Shown piece by piece: positions 1-12,966 of a stretch of 64,000 nt of DNA. Source of the stretch: Schizochytrium sp. TIO01 (lineage: Eukaryota; Protista; Bigyra: Labyrinthulomycetes); NCBI GenBank assembly GCA_004764695.1, contig SMSO01000025.1, positions 5,740,429 through 5,804,428 of the forward strand, in the 5' to 3' direction. Under the pieces are notes generated by a model, which ran no database searches, was not told where the DNA came from, and was given only the letters and a program-made list of their open reading frames with translations. How positions within the stretch are numbered: the stretch's first letter is position 1; each line of letters starts with the position of its first letter. The translations under genes were made by a program, and so were the position numbers.

Positions 1-79
1 AGTGAAACTCGGCTTTCGCAAGAATATCCATCGTCTTCTGAGGTCTGCAATCATCGCAGTGACAAAGCTGCAACGAATT

Positions 80-144
80 GATGTAATGTGATGTGATGTA
101 ATGTGATGTGATGTGATGTGATGTGATGTGATGTGATGTGATGT
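80..144. repeat. (ATGTG)n pentanucleotide microsatellite
   Basis: About 12 tandem atgtg/atgta units read directly. Confidence 0.95.
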
Positions 145-3100
145 CCATTCGTGCTGTGTTTGTCCATGCACGATTGAATGAATCAACGAATGAGTGAATG
201 ATTGAGTGTATGTATATTCATGCATCCCCACTCCTTTGGCGTCTTTGAGGGCGGCGATGATCGCGCTGCTGTAATTGACATTCACGGCCGATGAAAAGCC
301 ACGAATCGAACCATGTCCGCAGAACAGAAAACTCCGTCGGCAGCCCCATTTTCCCGCAGACGCCGAGGGAGCGTTGCAGCTCCTGCCAGCGCTGAGAGGC
401 CTCGGCCCAGCTCGCACGCGAGGCAAAGAAACGGGCAGGCAAGGCAAGCGAAGCGTCGAAGAGGAGGCGAACAACAGCAATTTCAACCCATTCCGCATCA
501 GAACTCTACAAATTTCAACGCAATGAGGACAATTACGCGCCGCGCTGCCCTCACAAAACTCGTATCAACTTTGTGGGGCTCTGCAGCGCAGCAAAGCCCC
601 TTCGATAGCCCTGCTCCCATCTCAGACTGAGGCCTGCTCGAGGCCTGCGAAGGCCTCCAAGGGCTGCTCGAAGCAGGTGCCTGCGAGGGCCTGCGAGGGC
701 CTGAGAGGGTCTACGAGGGCTCGAGAGGGTCTGGCAATGCCCTGCGCCAGGCCAGACGAGGTTTTCCAGGTCCACGGCCGCGGTTTGCCTGCGCAGTCGA
801 TTGTGCGGGGCAAAAGGCGCGAGCAGGGCGAAAGGCGCTGCCTAAGGCATGATACGAACTTTATAGGGGAGAATGCGGGGAGCGATTAATGAAGGGAAAA
901 GCTGCGAGACAGAAATTCCGAATGTAATGGTGTTCTTTGTTCTGTGTTCTCTTTTGAGGGTAGGAAGTGCATAGTACCCATAGAACTCTGCCGCGGCTCG
1001 CGTTCTTTGTCCTCTTCAAAGGATTATGATAAGCTCTGTCTTTTATTGTTTTTGTTATTATTATTGTTATTGTTATTTGAAGTCGCGGTACTAAAAGTAA
1101 GTAAAATCTTTGGAACAATTTAATTTAATTAAAAAAAACTAAACAAAAAAAAAACTTGATGATCAATTTTATAATAATATGTTTTTAAAGTTGTCCCGCT
1201 TCGTTGTTGGTTTGGGTGTATTTTTATTTTGGATTGCGTCTGTCCAAGTCGTTGGAGCTCTTCGCTTGATCGACGAAGAGAAAGGCGTCGAGGCAGCGAA
1301 GTAAACAATCACAGATCGATCAAATTAGTTGCCATGGTATCTTCTGAGTGCATGATCCCCTTGATCCACATGCTCTGAATTGAGTAATAACTGCGTGCAT
1401 GATGCAGACGCTGTAAGCATCGTCATCAATCGCAGAATCTTTATTAAAACAGCCCTCTGCTATCAAGAAAGCAAATAACATGGACCTATTCATCACTTAT
1501 GCCTAGGGAGGTACTGCGTATTTTTGTTTAAAGTCTCTTAGGTTATGTACCCAATTCTAACTTGTGATTGTTGTCGAGTATGCTACAGGATTAGGCTATT
1601 TCTTTCTTTGAAGATTGTGCCAACTCGCTACAAACGACTCTGCGCGAGAGCCCTAACTTTAACCCGCTGCGGAGTGTTAGTACGACACATGGATCAAAAA
1701 CCCAATGAACGAAACAGAGCAAACAATCCGCGTTCTTTATCATCAATGATTAATGATTGCAATTCGTCTTTAATTGTACGTACCCTACATACCTAGCGCA
1801 CATACGCACTATCTATGGTAAACACTAAGTGGGCACCTGCGTAGTCGCAAATCTCATCGCCATAATAATAATCCCAACTTGCAGCCTTTGCAAAGTGCGC
1901 CAAGGTCGTAGATATCAATTACTCAGGTGCGCACTATCATGAACTCAAATCGCCAGGACTGGTTCAACGGTTCATGATTAAACAGCACTAGCCGTCCCTC
2001 CAATTTGTTGCAAGGACAAACACAATCTCCGATAGAGCCATCTTTACATCCATGATGACGACCCAATGTAAATACCATTCTGTGCAATATCCACTAACTT
2101 GAAGAATAATATTATATTATGCAGGACTAGTGCTCCAATGCCTGTCTAGAGGAAATAGTAGAGAGAGGTACCTACTGCACGTTCTTCATCAATCACTGAT
2201 TCCATCATGGTCGAAGATAGTTGCGAAAGCCATGATACTACTTCACGATCCCTCAAGTTCATCGTAGTACCTAGCTAGATAGAGTCTATTGTAGAGCTGC
2301 AAATGCAGCGCTGCCCAAAGAAAGCCGTGGGTGGCTCTAAGTAAAAGATAAGTGGAGATGTTCACAATAGTGTTCACAATAGGACGGACGGCTCTCAGAG
2401 CTCGCCAAGTTGGCTGCAGATCATGACCAGGCAAAGTCGCCAGCAAATCCATAACTGCAGTTCGCTGCAAGATAAAAACACCTCTTGGTGTCACAGCACT
2501 GCGCTTGCAGGAGCACGGTGCTGCAGCCATGGAGGCCTCTTGAGCTCACCTGAGCTGTATAGCCTTAGTCACGCTGTGATGAACTTAAGCATCAAGAAGC
2601 AGAGCTGAGCTTTCAGCTAGAGTCTGAAAGGCTTCGAGATACCCTATTCCTCTATCCATGTACAGGATGGAGTATGGAAGCCAAAGGCCATTCGTGCTGA
2701 AGAGATAAGAAAGCGCTTGTGCTTTCTCTCTAGATCAGCTACACGAAAGGGTCAATGCGCTGGAGGGATTTCCTCGAAAAGACAATGCTCTTGATTGAAT
2801 GATTTGTATCTCCTTACTCTAAGTGTAAGTACAGCATGAAATAGACAGGCTCGCTTGGTTGATTGGTAGGTCGAAAGAATACAGAAGCAAAAGTTAGACG
2901 GGCATGGTAGTTGTAAAAAAAAAAGTGTCGTTTGTATAGGGCAATGATCGAAAAAACAGCTCCCTCTTCTGATGGCTCGCTTTCAGAGTTCAGTGAAGAA
3001 AAACATTCACTCCGGAAATATGAATGTCTGAGCTCTCTACTCCGATAACTTTAGAAAACAACACCAAGCCTATGAATAACAACCTGCTCGTGTTTGGCCG

Positions 3101-3414
3101 CCTCATCGTGTAGCATGCCGTAGTGTACGATGACTTGTTTTATAGTTCATCATTAACTGACCTCATTGGTTTCGTCCACGTTCTAATCATTGCAGACATA
3201 AGTGACTTGTGGAGGATAGTCAAGGTATAACATTCACCCTTGGTCAGACAGACGGTAGCCCATCGTCCTACTACGAGCTTCTTAAATCTCTCTCAAGTAC
3301 CTTTAACAATTCTTGATCGATGAGATAAGATCACGTGACAGATCTGGATGGGGTCTGTCCATCACATGATCCCTTTGTCAAACTCACATCTACAAGACGT
3401 AGATAACAGGGGAA

Positions 3415-3495
3415 TGAAGATGTAGGATTAGAACCGCATCTCTCGAGTGCGGTCTCAATGTTGGTGCGGTCCCCCGCTTCCTGGCCAGAAAGTAG
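3415..3495 (-). pseudogene. Degenerate tRNA(Leu/Ser)-like relic or tRNA-derived SINE head
   Basis: The minus strand has an A-box-like TGGCCAGGAAGCGG, a variable-arm-like CTCGAGAGATGC and a B-box-like GGTTCTAATCCTAC. The acceptor and anticodon stems do not pair. Confidence 0.3.
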
Positions 3496-4345
3496 TTTTT
3501 TGTTGTTTTAATTTTTTTTAATAAATTGTTCAAGTCAACTTTTCTCTTCTTTTCACAATCATCAGCCTGTTGTAAAATCTCATCTTTCGCTAGACTTTTC
3601 TTACTCCGAACCGGTTGGTTAAACTTTGGTGTTTTGTGATGGAAAGCTAGCTCTTGATTGAGTGAGTGTTAATAATTATAAAAACGAGTGCTTAGGCAAG
3701 AATAGACAAACAGTTTTTTTTTTTTAATGGAGAAGCAAAGATACATCAGTAAGCCCAGGTATATAGCACAACTCTTTCAATGATTGGCCAAAGGACAATA
3801 TGCTGTACTTGAGTGAAATATAAATCCATTGCATCAGACCTCATGACTATGTAGAGGCATTCTTCGGCGTTAAGGGTTTTCTTTGCCAATGAACCAATCA
3901 TTCCAAAACTAAGAACGCAAGGACATGCCAAAAGTATTTCCAGTGCTAGCAAGAATTTCGTTGCTCCTCTATTCGGCATAGACCATGGTGGAATGCGAAG
4001 TGAAAAGTTAAGTTGTTAAAATGATGGTTAAGCGAAGGAGAATGTTGACTATACTCGAGCTCTTTAATGAACCTGCGTCAGAGCTAAGCTGGTAGAACCT
4101 TTCAAGTATTGCAACTCAGAAATCAAGACAGCACAACTAAATCACTTAGCATCCATATAGTTAAGAAGGACTGGAGTAGCGAACAAGTAACAAACTAGGA
4201 AATTCATTTGCAGATTTTGCGACTAGTTCTGCAGAATGCCACTCCTTTTCAATCGATAACCAGAGATTGCACAGCAAGGACCTATAGGCGTATCAAGGTC
4301 GTGGGCATGTACTTTAAAAGAAAGAAAAACTCTCAACTCTGTGTC

Positions 4346-4612
4346 TTAGCGCTTGATCTTGAAGGTGGACACTCTTGCAACATTTTCACTTGCAAACTCT
4401 TCGATGCGAAGAGTTCCTCTCCGTAATAAGAATTCAATCGTTCTGAAGTCTTTGCGGTCCACATCCATTGCATCCTCTCTGAATTTGTTCTTGACAGTCT
4501 CAAAGTTCTTGCGCGATCCCGGCGTGTCCTTGGACCGCGCCACCTTAAGTGCCTTGCGATACAACTTTAGCACATCCTTCTGCAGGCCGGAGTGTCTGAT
4601 AATCTTATCCAT
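4346..4612 (-). CDS. SDHAF1: LYR-motif protein, succinate dehydrogenase assembly factor 1 (Sdh6-like)
   Basis: SGLQKDVLKLYRKAL...F......RKDFRTIEFLLRRG matches the SDHAF1/Sdh6 pattern. First ATG at 4612. Confidence 0.85.
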   Translation of the reverse strand: MDKIIRHSGLQKDVLKLYRKALKVARSKDTPGSRKNFETVKNKFREDAMDVDRKDFRTIEFLLRRGTLRIEEFASENVARVSTFKIKR

Positions 4613-5190
4613 CTTTGTCAACTACGCCACCCAAATAAGCGAGCTAGCTCCTCTGAGCTCCACGCCCTGCAAACGACAATGCCCCAGTCGTCTCCCCGGT
4701 GAATTAAGCAAATGAGTCGCGAAGTTGACGCTTTGCTTCACCAATTGCAAAATCCCTCATACTGTGAAATCTGCCATCGACTATCCTCCCTTAATGTCTC
4801 TTTCTTTCGCGGATGTCTATCGATTTACTCTTAAGTAGCAGTAGGTAGTCATAGATAGAATAGGGGCAACTTGAAAATAGGTAAATAGTTTACTCTTGGA
4901 GGGACAATAGGAAAAATATTATCGCGTCCCAGCTCCAGCTCAGTTCCCGATCTTGATTCCGCCAGGTCTCGAGCCGTTGCCGGAGGCGGCAACCTGCTCA
5001 CCAGCCGTGGCCAGCAAACTGAGAACAAGGACCTCGCTAGTGTCCTGTACCGCAGAGCTCGAATACCACCCGAGCATCGAATAGTACCTACGGCCTGGGT
5101 CTGGACCTCAGGGAAGGGGAATTTTTCTTGGTATATAATAAGGAGACTTTGAAAGCCCTGGTGTAAACAAATTAGTCTTGGCGCAAATCG

Positions 5191-6139
5191 ATGGCTGCAC
5201 GGAAGCGAGGTCGAATGGGACTTGATGTTTATAAAGAAATGATATTTGGGAACATCCCGCCATGCGTGAGGCTTGAAGTCTGGACTTTCCTAGACGCTGA
5301 GGATCTCATCAGGTACGTGCATTATGCGAAATGCCCATGCTTGCCAGGGTTTCAATGTTATCGTGTACGCATGTATGAACATTTAGAGACTTTGATTACA
5401 AAAACAATCGACGTAGAAGAGTTGTCTTATCGTGTGTATTTCCAATATATTTTACTAAAAACGCTTGCTGATTAAGGTGAATGAGCTAACGGTTTCTCTT
5501 GATACTTTGGCTCTTCGAATTTTCGTATGTAGGCTCGGGCTTACGTGTAGATCGGTGTTTAAGGAAACTATCGGATCAGAGTACCTATGGGTGCAGCGTT
5601 GCCGAGAACTTTGGGCCGACAAAGCTTATGTACCGAAGCAACTCCAAATGCATCCGAGCTTAGAGAGCTATTTCCACTCGAAACGCGCAGCGAACGATGC
5701 ATCAGTTGAAACTCTTGAGAAGCTCCTACCGCAGGCGTGTTTTCATATGCGAATGGGAGCTGGAACAATGATGCTGTTTGGCTTCGAAGATGCAACAGGT
5801 AGAAAAGTACCAATGTTTCGCAGGTTCGCAGAAGGCGGTAAGTATGTACGATATCCTGACCAAGATGATGTACGGCGCAATCCGTATTCCCTTTCACCTG
5901 TCAAGGATCCGGTCGAGCGTCATGAGGAACTGCATGGTCCACTCTTGCCTGGCCACGCGCTGGTCTGGAGCATCAATTACCAACACAATGGTATTAATCT
6001 GGCAAACCTTCCACCATTGCGCATATCCCGGCGCGCCGATAACTGGGCCTGGCGTCTCGAGAATGAATTTCTTGTGTACGAAACTTGCTCCAGGCTCACG
6101 TTGGAGGATCAAACACGCTTGGATCCATCTGAACTCTAA
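5191..6139 (+). CDS. F-box domain protein (2 exons: 5191-5312, 5533-6139)
   Basis: A GT-AG intron at 5313-5532 (AG|gtacgt...tgtag|G) joins the two ORFs in frame, giving an F-box: IPPCVRLEVWTFLDAEDLIRLGLTCRSVF...EYLW...C. Confidence 0.8.
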
Positions 6140-6832
6140 TAAAAGAAGGAGCTTTTTGGCAGAGAAGCTTTCATTGCGCAGCGAGCTCCAGCTCGCGCTC
6201 CACGTACTGCTACTCTGTAAGAATAAAGGGGTGTTTTGGCATACTTCATAAGTAGACCTTTGCGAACAACTTTCTGCTAGACTTTGCAATTTGCCTCATA
6301 GGTATAGAGCCCCTTTACTGTATGCATGTAAAAATAAGCCCAAGAATAAGTAAACTTGCCTCGAAATTGCTTTTTCCTCTTTACTATACCTACTAACCTT
6401 CTGCATTGTAGATACTGCTCTCATCAGGCCCAACTGTTTCTGGCCATTGTGTCCAAGCCTGTTCTAAAGTCCATTTACGGTAACCAATCTGTGAAGACTT
6501 TGCCGCTCTCAACATTAAATGTGAGACATTACGTAGGTACATAATGAATAATCAACTTTTCATCCTTCCAGGTATAATAAATATGGGTAGCCAAGCCACA
6601 TAGTAGTCGGTACATAGGTGCCTACTATCGCTAGAGTGCCTCCAACGAGCGCGATAAGAAACAAACGACCTACGAGTAGAACAACTCTCCCCCACAATAG
6701 GTGCTGGTCTCGAAGGGCAATCTCCAAACGTCTATTGCTGCAAGAGACACAACTGCGATTCACGTCTTAAAGGGTTCTTCTCAGTTGCAAATTGAGGGAG
6801 TTGTTTAAAGTTGGAAAAGCACAAGAGCGCGC

Positions 6833-8176
6833 ATGAGCTCCTCCTCCTCCTCCTCCTCGTCTTCTTCGACGACAAAGCACCGCAACGGCGAATGCGTCGT
6901 GGACTTAGTGGAAGACGACAGTTCGCGAGGAGGCGAAAACCCCCTCCCATCACCCTCTCCATCATCTTCGTCCATGCGCCGGAGCAGAGGTAGAGATAAT
7001 AACAACGCCATGAGCCTCGATGGGAGCGACAATAAGAGCAATAACATTACTCATGCAGGCTCCAAAAACAGTAAATCTGGAAAATCGAAACGCAGAACCA
7101 AATCATCCTTGCGGAACGACGGTGAGAGCTACGATGGAGAAGTTGACAATCGACGACGTCGAAGGCAAAGGTCTGACGAAGACTTCGCGCAGGAGCAGGT
7201 GGAGCCTTCAAGGAAAAGAGCTCGTCGACAGGTTTTGCGTCGTGGCCGCGATCAACATGGGAAACGTGCAACCAATAGAAATTATGCCGAAAAAGACTTT
7301 ATAGTTGACGATGAGGATGACGAAGACTACGTCGATGATGGTTTTCAACATGTTGGCGGAAGTATCTTGGAGGCAGCAGCTGCTGCTGCGAACATGTCAT
7401 TTTCGAGGCGCCCGGGGTTCGCAGGTTTTCATCCAATCCAGCATGCTCAGCAAAACAACGAAGATGCTTTTGAAGCGGATCTTCAAAAGGCGATCCAGGC
7501 GTCTAAATCTCTGGAAGCGCAAAAGCTCAAACAGCAGCAGGATATTGCTTTTGAGCAGTCTTTGGCTGAAGATCAGGCCAAAGAACGGGAGAAGCGGGAA
7601 CGTGAAGAGACCGAACGTCGAAATTTACAGAATAAAGAAGAAATGAAACGTAGGAAACTTCAGGAAAAGGAAGCTTTGAAGGCCAAGCGCCTAGAAATGC
7701 TTCGTTCTTGGGAAGAAAATATGAACCCTGAACCTCCTGCCGACAGTGCGGATACCGTCCATATTGCTTTACTGGTACCGGCAGGGCGCTTTCGTCGTAG
7801 GTTTCACAAACAAGAGACACTTCTTGATCTCATGCGCTGGGTTGCAGTCACAGACCCACGCTGCAAGCTATCTCGTGGCTTTGAGATCGTTGTGCCACCT
7901 AATCTGCGTTTCTCTTCGGATTTAGATGAAAATGAGATGCGGGCGCATACAATGGAGTCTCTCAATTTGCGCCGAGATAGTATTCGTGTGACGGTGGACG
8001 AAGACGACGAAGAAGAAGAAGAAGAAGAAGAAAATCGAGAACAAGCAAGTGCATCCGGAGGCGCAACATCCTCCAACTCGGTCTCTGGTCATGCTGGACC
8101 TTCAAACACAATGGCAGGATCAAGAGCTGTAAGTATTGAAGATGACGACGACGACGATGTGCAGGAGGTTTTTTAA
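6833..8176 (+). CDS. UIM- and UBX-domain protein (p97/Cdc48 adaptor, FAF-like C-terminus)
   Basis: 447-aa ORF with a UIM-like FEADLQKAIQAS, a coiled coil QQQDIAFEQSLAEDQAKE, and a UBX-like EPP...VHIALLVPAGRFRRRF...TLLDLMRWV...PP...TMESLNL. Confidence 0.8.
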   Translation: MSSSSSSSSSSSTTKHRNGECVVDLVEDDSSRGGENPLPSPSPSSSSMRRSRGRDNNNAMSLDGSDNKSNNITHAGSKNSKSGKSKRRTKSSLRNDGESYDGEVDNRRRRRQRSDEDFAQEQVEPSRKRARRQVLRRGRDQHGKRATNRNYAEKDFIVDDEDDEDYVDDGFQHVGGSILEAAAAAANMSFSRRPGFAGFHPIQHAQQNNEDAFEADLQKAIQASKSLEAQKLKQQQDIAFEQSLAEDQAKEREKREREETERRNLQNKEEMKRRKLQEKEALKAKRLEMLRSWEENMNPEPPADSADTVHIALLVPAGRFRRRFHKQETLLDLMRWVAVTDPRCKLSRGFEIVVPPNLRFSSDLDENEMRAHTMESLNLRRDSIRVTVDEDDEEEEEEEENREQASASGGATSSNSVSGHAGPSNTMAGSRAVSIEDDDDDDVQEVF

Positions 8177-9018
8177 ATTCTTTGATCGGTGAGGGGTTTA
8201 GTAAATTCCTAAATTATAGGTGTTGTAGCTCGGAAAGAGGCAGGCATTGTTCACTTATTGGTGCAAACAAAGATTTTATTAGTAACATGTGTATACGCGT
8301 AGCCACAAACTCTTGGAAAATTAGATTACTATGGTAGAATATCTTTTGTGTTCAGGCCTCCTGTGGTTCCTCGCACAACAAAGACAGCCGTTTCACTGCA
8401 AATTTGTTGTATAGCTTTTGTGGGGCAAAATCATGATGGAAAACAGCAAATAGTAGCGCGCAAATGTCGACAGCTTGTTTTCTAATTGAGATTCTGCGAT
8501 CTAGTCTGATTGTTTGCAGTCACTTTTCTGTGGACTTTGTTTTTAAATGTGGATGCGAACTTACGAAGCGTTTGCGGTTCTCATGTTTCTTATGTCGCGT
8601 GGGTTAAATTCGTGGGTTTATTGGAGGAGCTTATTGCCTCTAGTAAGCTACTTGGTCTGTAAGCGATGTTTTGCATGATGGTCATTACGCCGATAGGTAG
8701 ACAGTGAATCCGTTGACTCGACAAACTTTATTTCTACAAATGGCATCCTCTTATGATCGTGTAATATGATGCTCTGCGTTTTTAGAGTCTGGAATGCGTG
8801 TTCCATGGTGTGGTTTGTTCAGGCTCCTCATTATGAATAGCGCATGTGTATCTATTCCGTAATTTTGCGTTGATGAATGAAGTTTGTGTGACAGTGTTAT
8901 ATTGAAAAGAATAAAAAATAACTTAAAAGTTCATGGCTGTTGCTCGTCATTTGCAGCACGATCTGTGCAAGATTGTTTCTTGATACCCTGTCTGTATAAA
9001 TATTGTGCTGCAAAGAGT

Positions 9019-10419
9019 TCAAGGATAATAAACTGAGACACACGAGTCACCGTTCTCAAAATCTGTGAGATCAGCGCCAGACCAAGTGTAGCCGCCGATG
9101 ATGATGATCATGCATATTTGGGCTACAATCATTGATGCAAAACCATACACATAGGCATCTTTGCGGCCGAGACCCTTGAGCTCAGCAATAAAAGTGGACA
9201 CTGTAGAAAGACTACCACAGTATCCTGTGATAAAGCCCTGTAATGCTTCACATTGAACTGTGTCCGCACGACTGACAGAAATTCCAAGCACGTAAGCCAT
9301 TGCAAGCAATGCTGATGCGAACACATTAGCGATGAAAGTACCGAGCGGAAAACCTTCAAGCTTGCTGTTAAAAAGACGACCGAGAAAGTATCGCGACCAC
9401 GCACCAAACGGACCCCAGCACAACGCGAAGAGGAGCTCTGTATGGAAATACCCTGCAAGAAGTGCCACGAGTAATCCAATCAGCACCGCGAACGTGATAC
9501 TACCAGCGTGGTAGAGAACTCTCGGGGCGCACACGATGGTATCCGGTTCATTCTTAGGCGGCTTAAAAGGGTGAGTTTTGCCGATGTGGCGGCCAAAGTC
9601 ATAAGCAATCAAGTCCACCGCGATACCCGCAAGCTGGACCTCAAACCACACGAAGGCCTTTTCACGACGATCAATCCCTAGAACTGTAGGGCCGACAAGA
9701 ACCGCCCCTGCTTCTTGCCAGCTGGAGAACGATGTGAGAGAACCACAAAATCCAGTACCAACACCTACGAAAAGTGGAGTCCACAATACATGTTTGAAAT
9801 AACTCCAATACGCGAGCCACGCAGTGCCCACGAAGTTTGCGAAGATATAGTCCGAGAACGGATCCACAGATGTGAGCGAAAGTGCCACTCGAAGAGCTAC
9901 ACCTGCTATAGAACCTACTGCAATGAGAGCAAGAGTTGAGAGAGTCTCGTAGAACCATGGAATGTCGCGGTACTCCGGGGCCTCACGCTCAGCAGCTTCA
10001 TACTCACTGGCCTCTTCACGGCCCGCAGTGGCAAGCAGCTCGTCATCGAGGACAATTTCCTCCTCACGAGCAGAGCTTCGAGACGTCGAGTGCTGCCGCA
10101 GCATAGGCTTGAGGTGGTTCGTAGGCGAAGACGGATTGGCCATGTTACTTTGGACATAGTTGGATCCATTTCCGTGGTTCATGTTGTTGTTGATGTTGAT
10201 GCTGCTGTTATCGTTGTTGCCGTTAATAACAGCTTCAGGACGCTCTTCGAGAGCGCCTCCATCCTCGAGAGAACCGTGGTTGCGCATGGACCCGCTTTGC
10301 GGCTTGCAGGTGATCCCCTCGGGACCTGGCTGAGAGCTCGCGTCTGCTTGTCTGTTTGGAGGGTTGTGTGCCGAAGGAGTGCTGCGGTTCTCAAGGGATG
10401 AGCTCTGCGAATCCAGCAT
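9019..10419 (-). CDS. FEX1: Fluoride export protein, two fused CrcB/Fluc domains
   Basis: Two Fluc repeats: GVALR...ANFVG...GTGFCGSLTSFSSW and GAWSR...GTFIAN...TGYCGSLSTVSTF. Low-complexity N-terminus. Confidence 0.9.
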   Translation of the reverse strand: MLDSQSSSLENRSTPSAHNPPNRQADASSQPGPEGITCKPQSGSMRNHGSLEDGGALEERPEAVINGNNDNSSININNNMNHGNGSNYVQSNMANPSSPTNHLKPMLRQHSTSRSSAREEEIVLDDELLATAGREEASEYEAAEREAPEYRDIPWFYETLSTLALIAVGSIAGVALRVALSLTSVDPFSDYIFANFVGTAWLAYWSYFKHVLWTPLFVGVGTGFCGSLTSFSSWQEAGAVLVGPTVLGIDRREKAFVWFEVQLAGIAVDLIAYDFGRHIGKTHPFKPPKNEPDTIVCAPRVLYHAGSITFAVLIGLLVALLAGYFHTELLFALCWGPFGAWSRYFLGRLFNSKLEGFPLGTFIANVFASALLAMAYVLGISVSRADTVQCEALQGFITGYCGSLSTVSTFIAELKGLGRKDAYVYGFASMIVAQICMIIIIGGYTWSGADLTDFENGDSCVSVYYP

Positions 10420-12966
10420 CGACTAGGAACGTCCCCAAAGAGAGGTAAGAAGCACCACGCTCACCAAAGCACGTTGCCAAACGCCCCTCCCAATGACCTC
10501 AATGCCGTTTCACGATTTGCCTGCCCCTCTGTTGACTGGCACTGCCAAAGTGGTAATGGTTGTTGGTGTGAATTGTTATGTCGAGTTTACCCACGTTCTA
10601 GGCACCTAGCTTCCTATAAATTATTAAACCTAAGTGTACTCTCTACAAATTTACCATGAGGACACCAACCCAGTTATCAGCAACCTCCCCTGCACAAGCT
10701 CTTGTGCAAGTATTCCCAAGTCAAGATCCCGCCCAAGAACGCTGACCTGCCGCGTCTTTTGGCTTTGCCTTCTGTTCAGGGTGGCTCCAAACTTCTTCTC
10801 AAGCTCAAGTCAGATCCGCTATTCCACTAGCTCCACCTAGCCTACTGCTACCGCTTTCCTCAGTCTGGTACTTCAAGTTCTTCTTCTACCATCTTGAACT
10901 CACTCTTGTCAGTCTTCGCAGCTCTCGGTGCGCCGGCGCTGTCTCCTCGCCTAATTTTGATGAGAAGCGCAGAGGGTTGAGAAGCGCAGAGGTCTTGAAG
11001 GAGGCGGCAGCTGGGGTTCGCGTGGAGCGTAGGAAGGGCCACGGTGCTGTGCATGGGTGGTTTCTGTGCCGTCTGGAGGACACGCGATGACGACAGCGAT
11101 CTGAGGCATGCCGCTGAATTTACAGTGAATCTATGAATCACAACTACTTCTTAAGGACTCACCCCCATCTGATGATGAAGTAGCTATCTATCTATGGCTA
11201 TCTATGGCTATAGCCATAGATAGAAGGGCAGGCAATCAATCAATCAGCTCCCAGGAGGCGACATGAAGCACTCTTGAGTCAAGAAGTCCAAATGCAAGTG
11301 TTGTCTCTAATACTGCTGTCGCGTGCAAGATGGTGTCGAGCGAGGTGGTCTGCGATGCAGTTCATCGCTCGCGGGAGACCACTTGCAGCGGCATTGGAGT
11401 TTTCCAGCAGCATGTGCAAAGGAATTGCCCCTATAAAGTGAGTAACTATGGGAGTACCAAGGAAGATTGACATTACAAGGGGGTAAATGGATGGATGGAC
11501 GTAGAGCGCTCTTGATTCGGGCCACGAGACTCGGACTCTGCGGACTGCGGCTTGCCAGGCGATGTACAAAGCGATGGCAAAATTGAAGGTCACTCAGTTG
11601 TCAGCCATAATCTTGTTTGTTGCCAATTTAGAGCCTCGAGGACGCCTTGGTTGGCACACACCAGCTGGATGCCCCAAAGGTATCACCATTCGTCACGGTG
11701 GTGGTGATGGTGGTGGTTGCGACGGCGGTGGTGAAGATGCAGTGCAGGACGACTAAACCGAGGCGTCTTGCAAGAATGTGCCTCTTGAGGAGACGTGCGG
11801 AAGGAGCTCTTGGCTTTGGCTGCTGATGTTTGTTTGATTGTTTCAAGAGAGAAGATTTATTTATTCTTTTAAAGGAAAAAACAAGTACCATGAACTAACT
11901 ATCAGTGGATCAGTTACAGATCTTAAGATTGAGGAAGATGGCGGTTCTGATTGACAACGGAGAAACGATCTCGAAGAGACCTCGCGTGAGCAGTCACGGT
12001 CGTCGCACGTTCCTTAGCGCACTTCGCGTTGTGGCGATTGTATATTATGCGATTGATTCGTGGGTTGCGTTGAACAATGATCGGCCTGAGCAAAGTGAAG
12101 ACGACTCTGAATTCCACTCGTGCGAAATATAGATCAGTGGCTCTCGCCAATTCACCATTGTTTTTCTGTAACAGGCCGTTTCGGCAAGCAGAAATGAGGG
12201 TTCCAGCTCATGGGATGTTTACAACATGTTGCGTCGCCTCATCTGGAAGTGCCACCTGCGTGTCCAAGGCCTTCAACAACGAAACTTCGAGGACGCAGCA
12301 TTTGCTCGGCGTCAGAATTGCTGAGGCTATGAACAGTCTTTCTTCCGTTTCCACAAACCTCATGCAGGACATAGTATGAAAGCACTCACGAAAATAAGGT
12401 AGGAAACGACTGTGAGACTCAGCATGAAGATCGGCAGCGCGTAGATTAACAAGTTGAGGTTCATAGAAGATAGTGCAACAGCCGTGCTAAGCAGGTGCTT
12501 GTTTTTTTTTGGGGGGGGGGGGGGGGGATTTGGAAAGAAAAAAAAAACTGAGATGTGGGTACCAAAAGATCAAGAAGAGATAGTGCATACTACGGTACAC
12601 CTTTAAAATATCGACCTGAAGAGATCGGAAAATATACTTGAGCTCTCAATATATAAAATTATGATATATTTTAAAAGGTCAACAATGCACACCTATTCAA
12701 CTCTTCAATGATGCCATTGGGTCAATCTTTGCACACAATTCAATGAAGTTTGTGGATAATTGCGTTCTTGTTCAGGAGGACATTAAAATAAGTGTCTAAC
12801 TCTCAACACAAGGCTATATCTTGACTTTAATTTTAACCATCTGCTGTGAGGAGATAAATGCCCATAAGCCAGCTATTTAATGTTCAATAAAAGTAAGGCA
12901 GTGAAGCTCGGGATGATATTCTAAACGAAATTGCAGTGGAGGTAAATGCAGAGAGAAAGGATAAGT

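Noticed and set aside
1200-3300. Possible decayed coding sequence
   Set aside because: Fragmentary frames with no recognisable domain.
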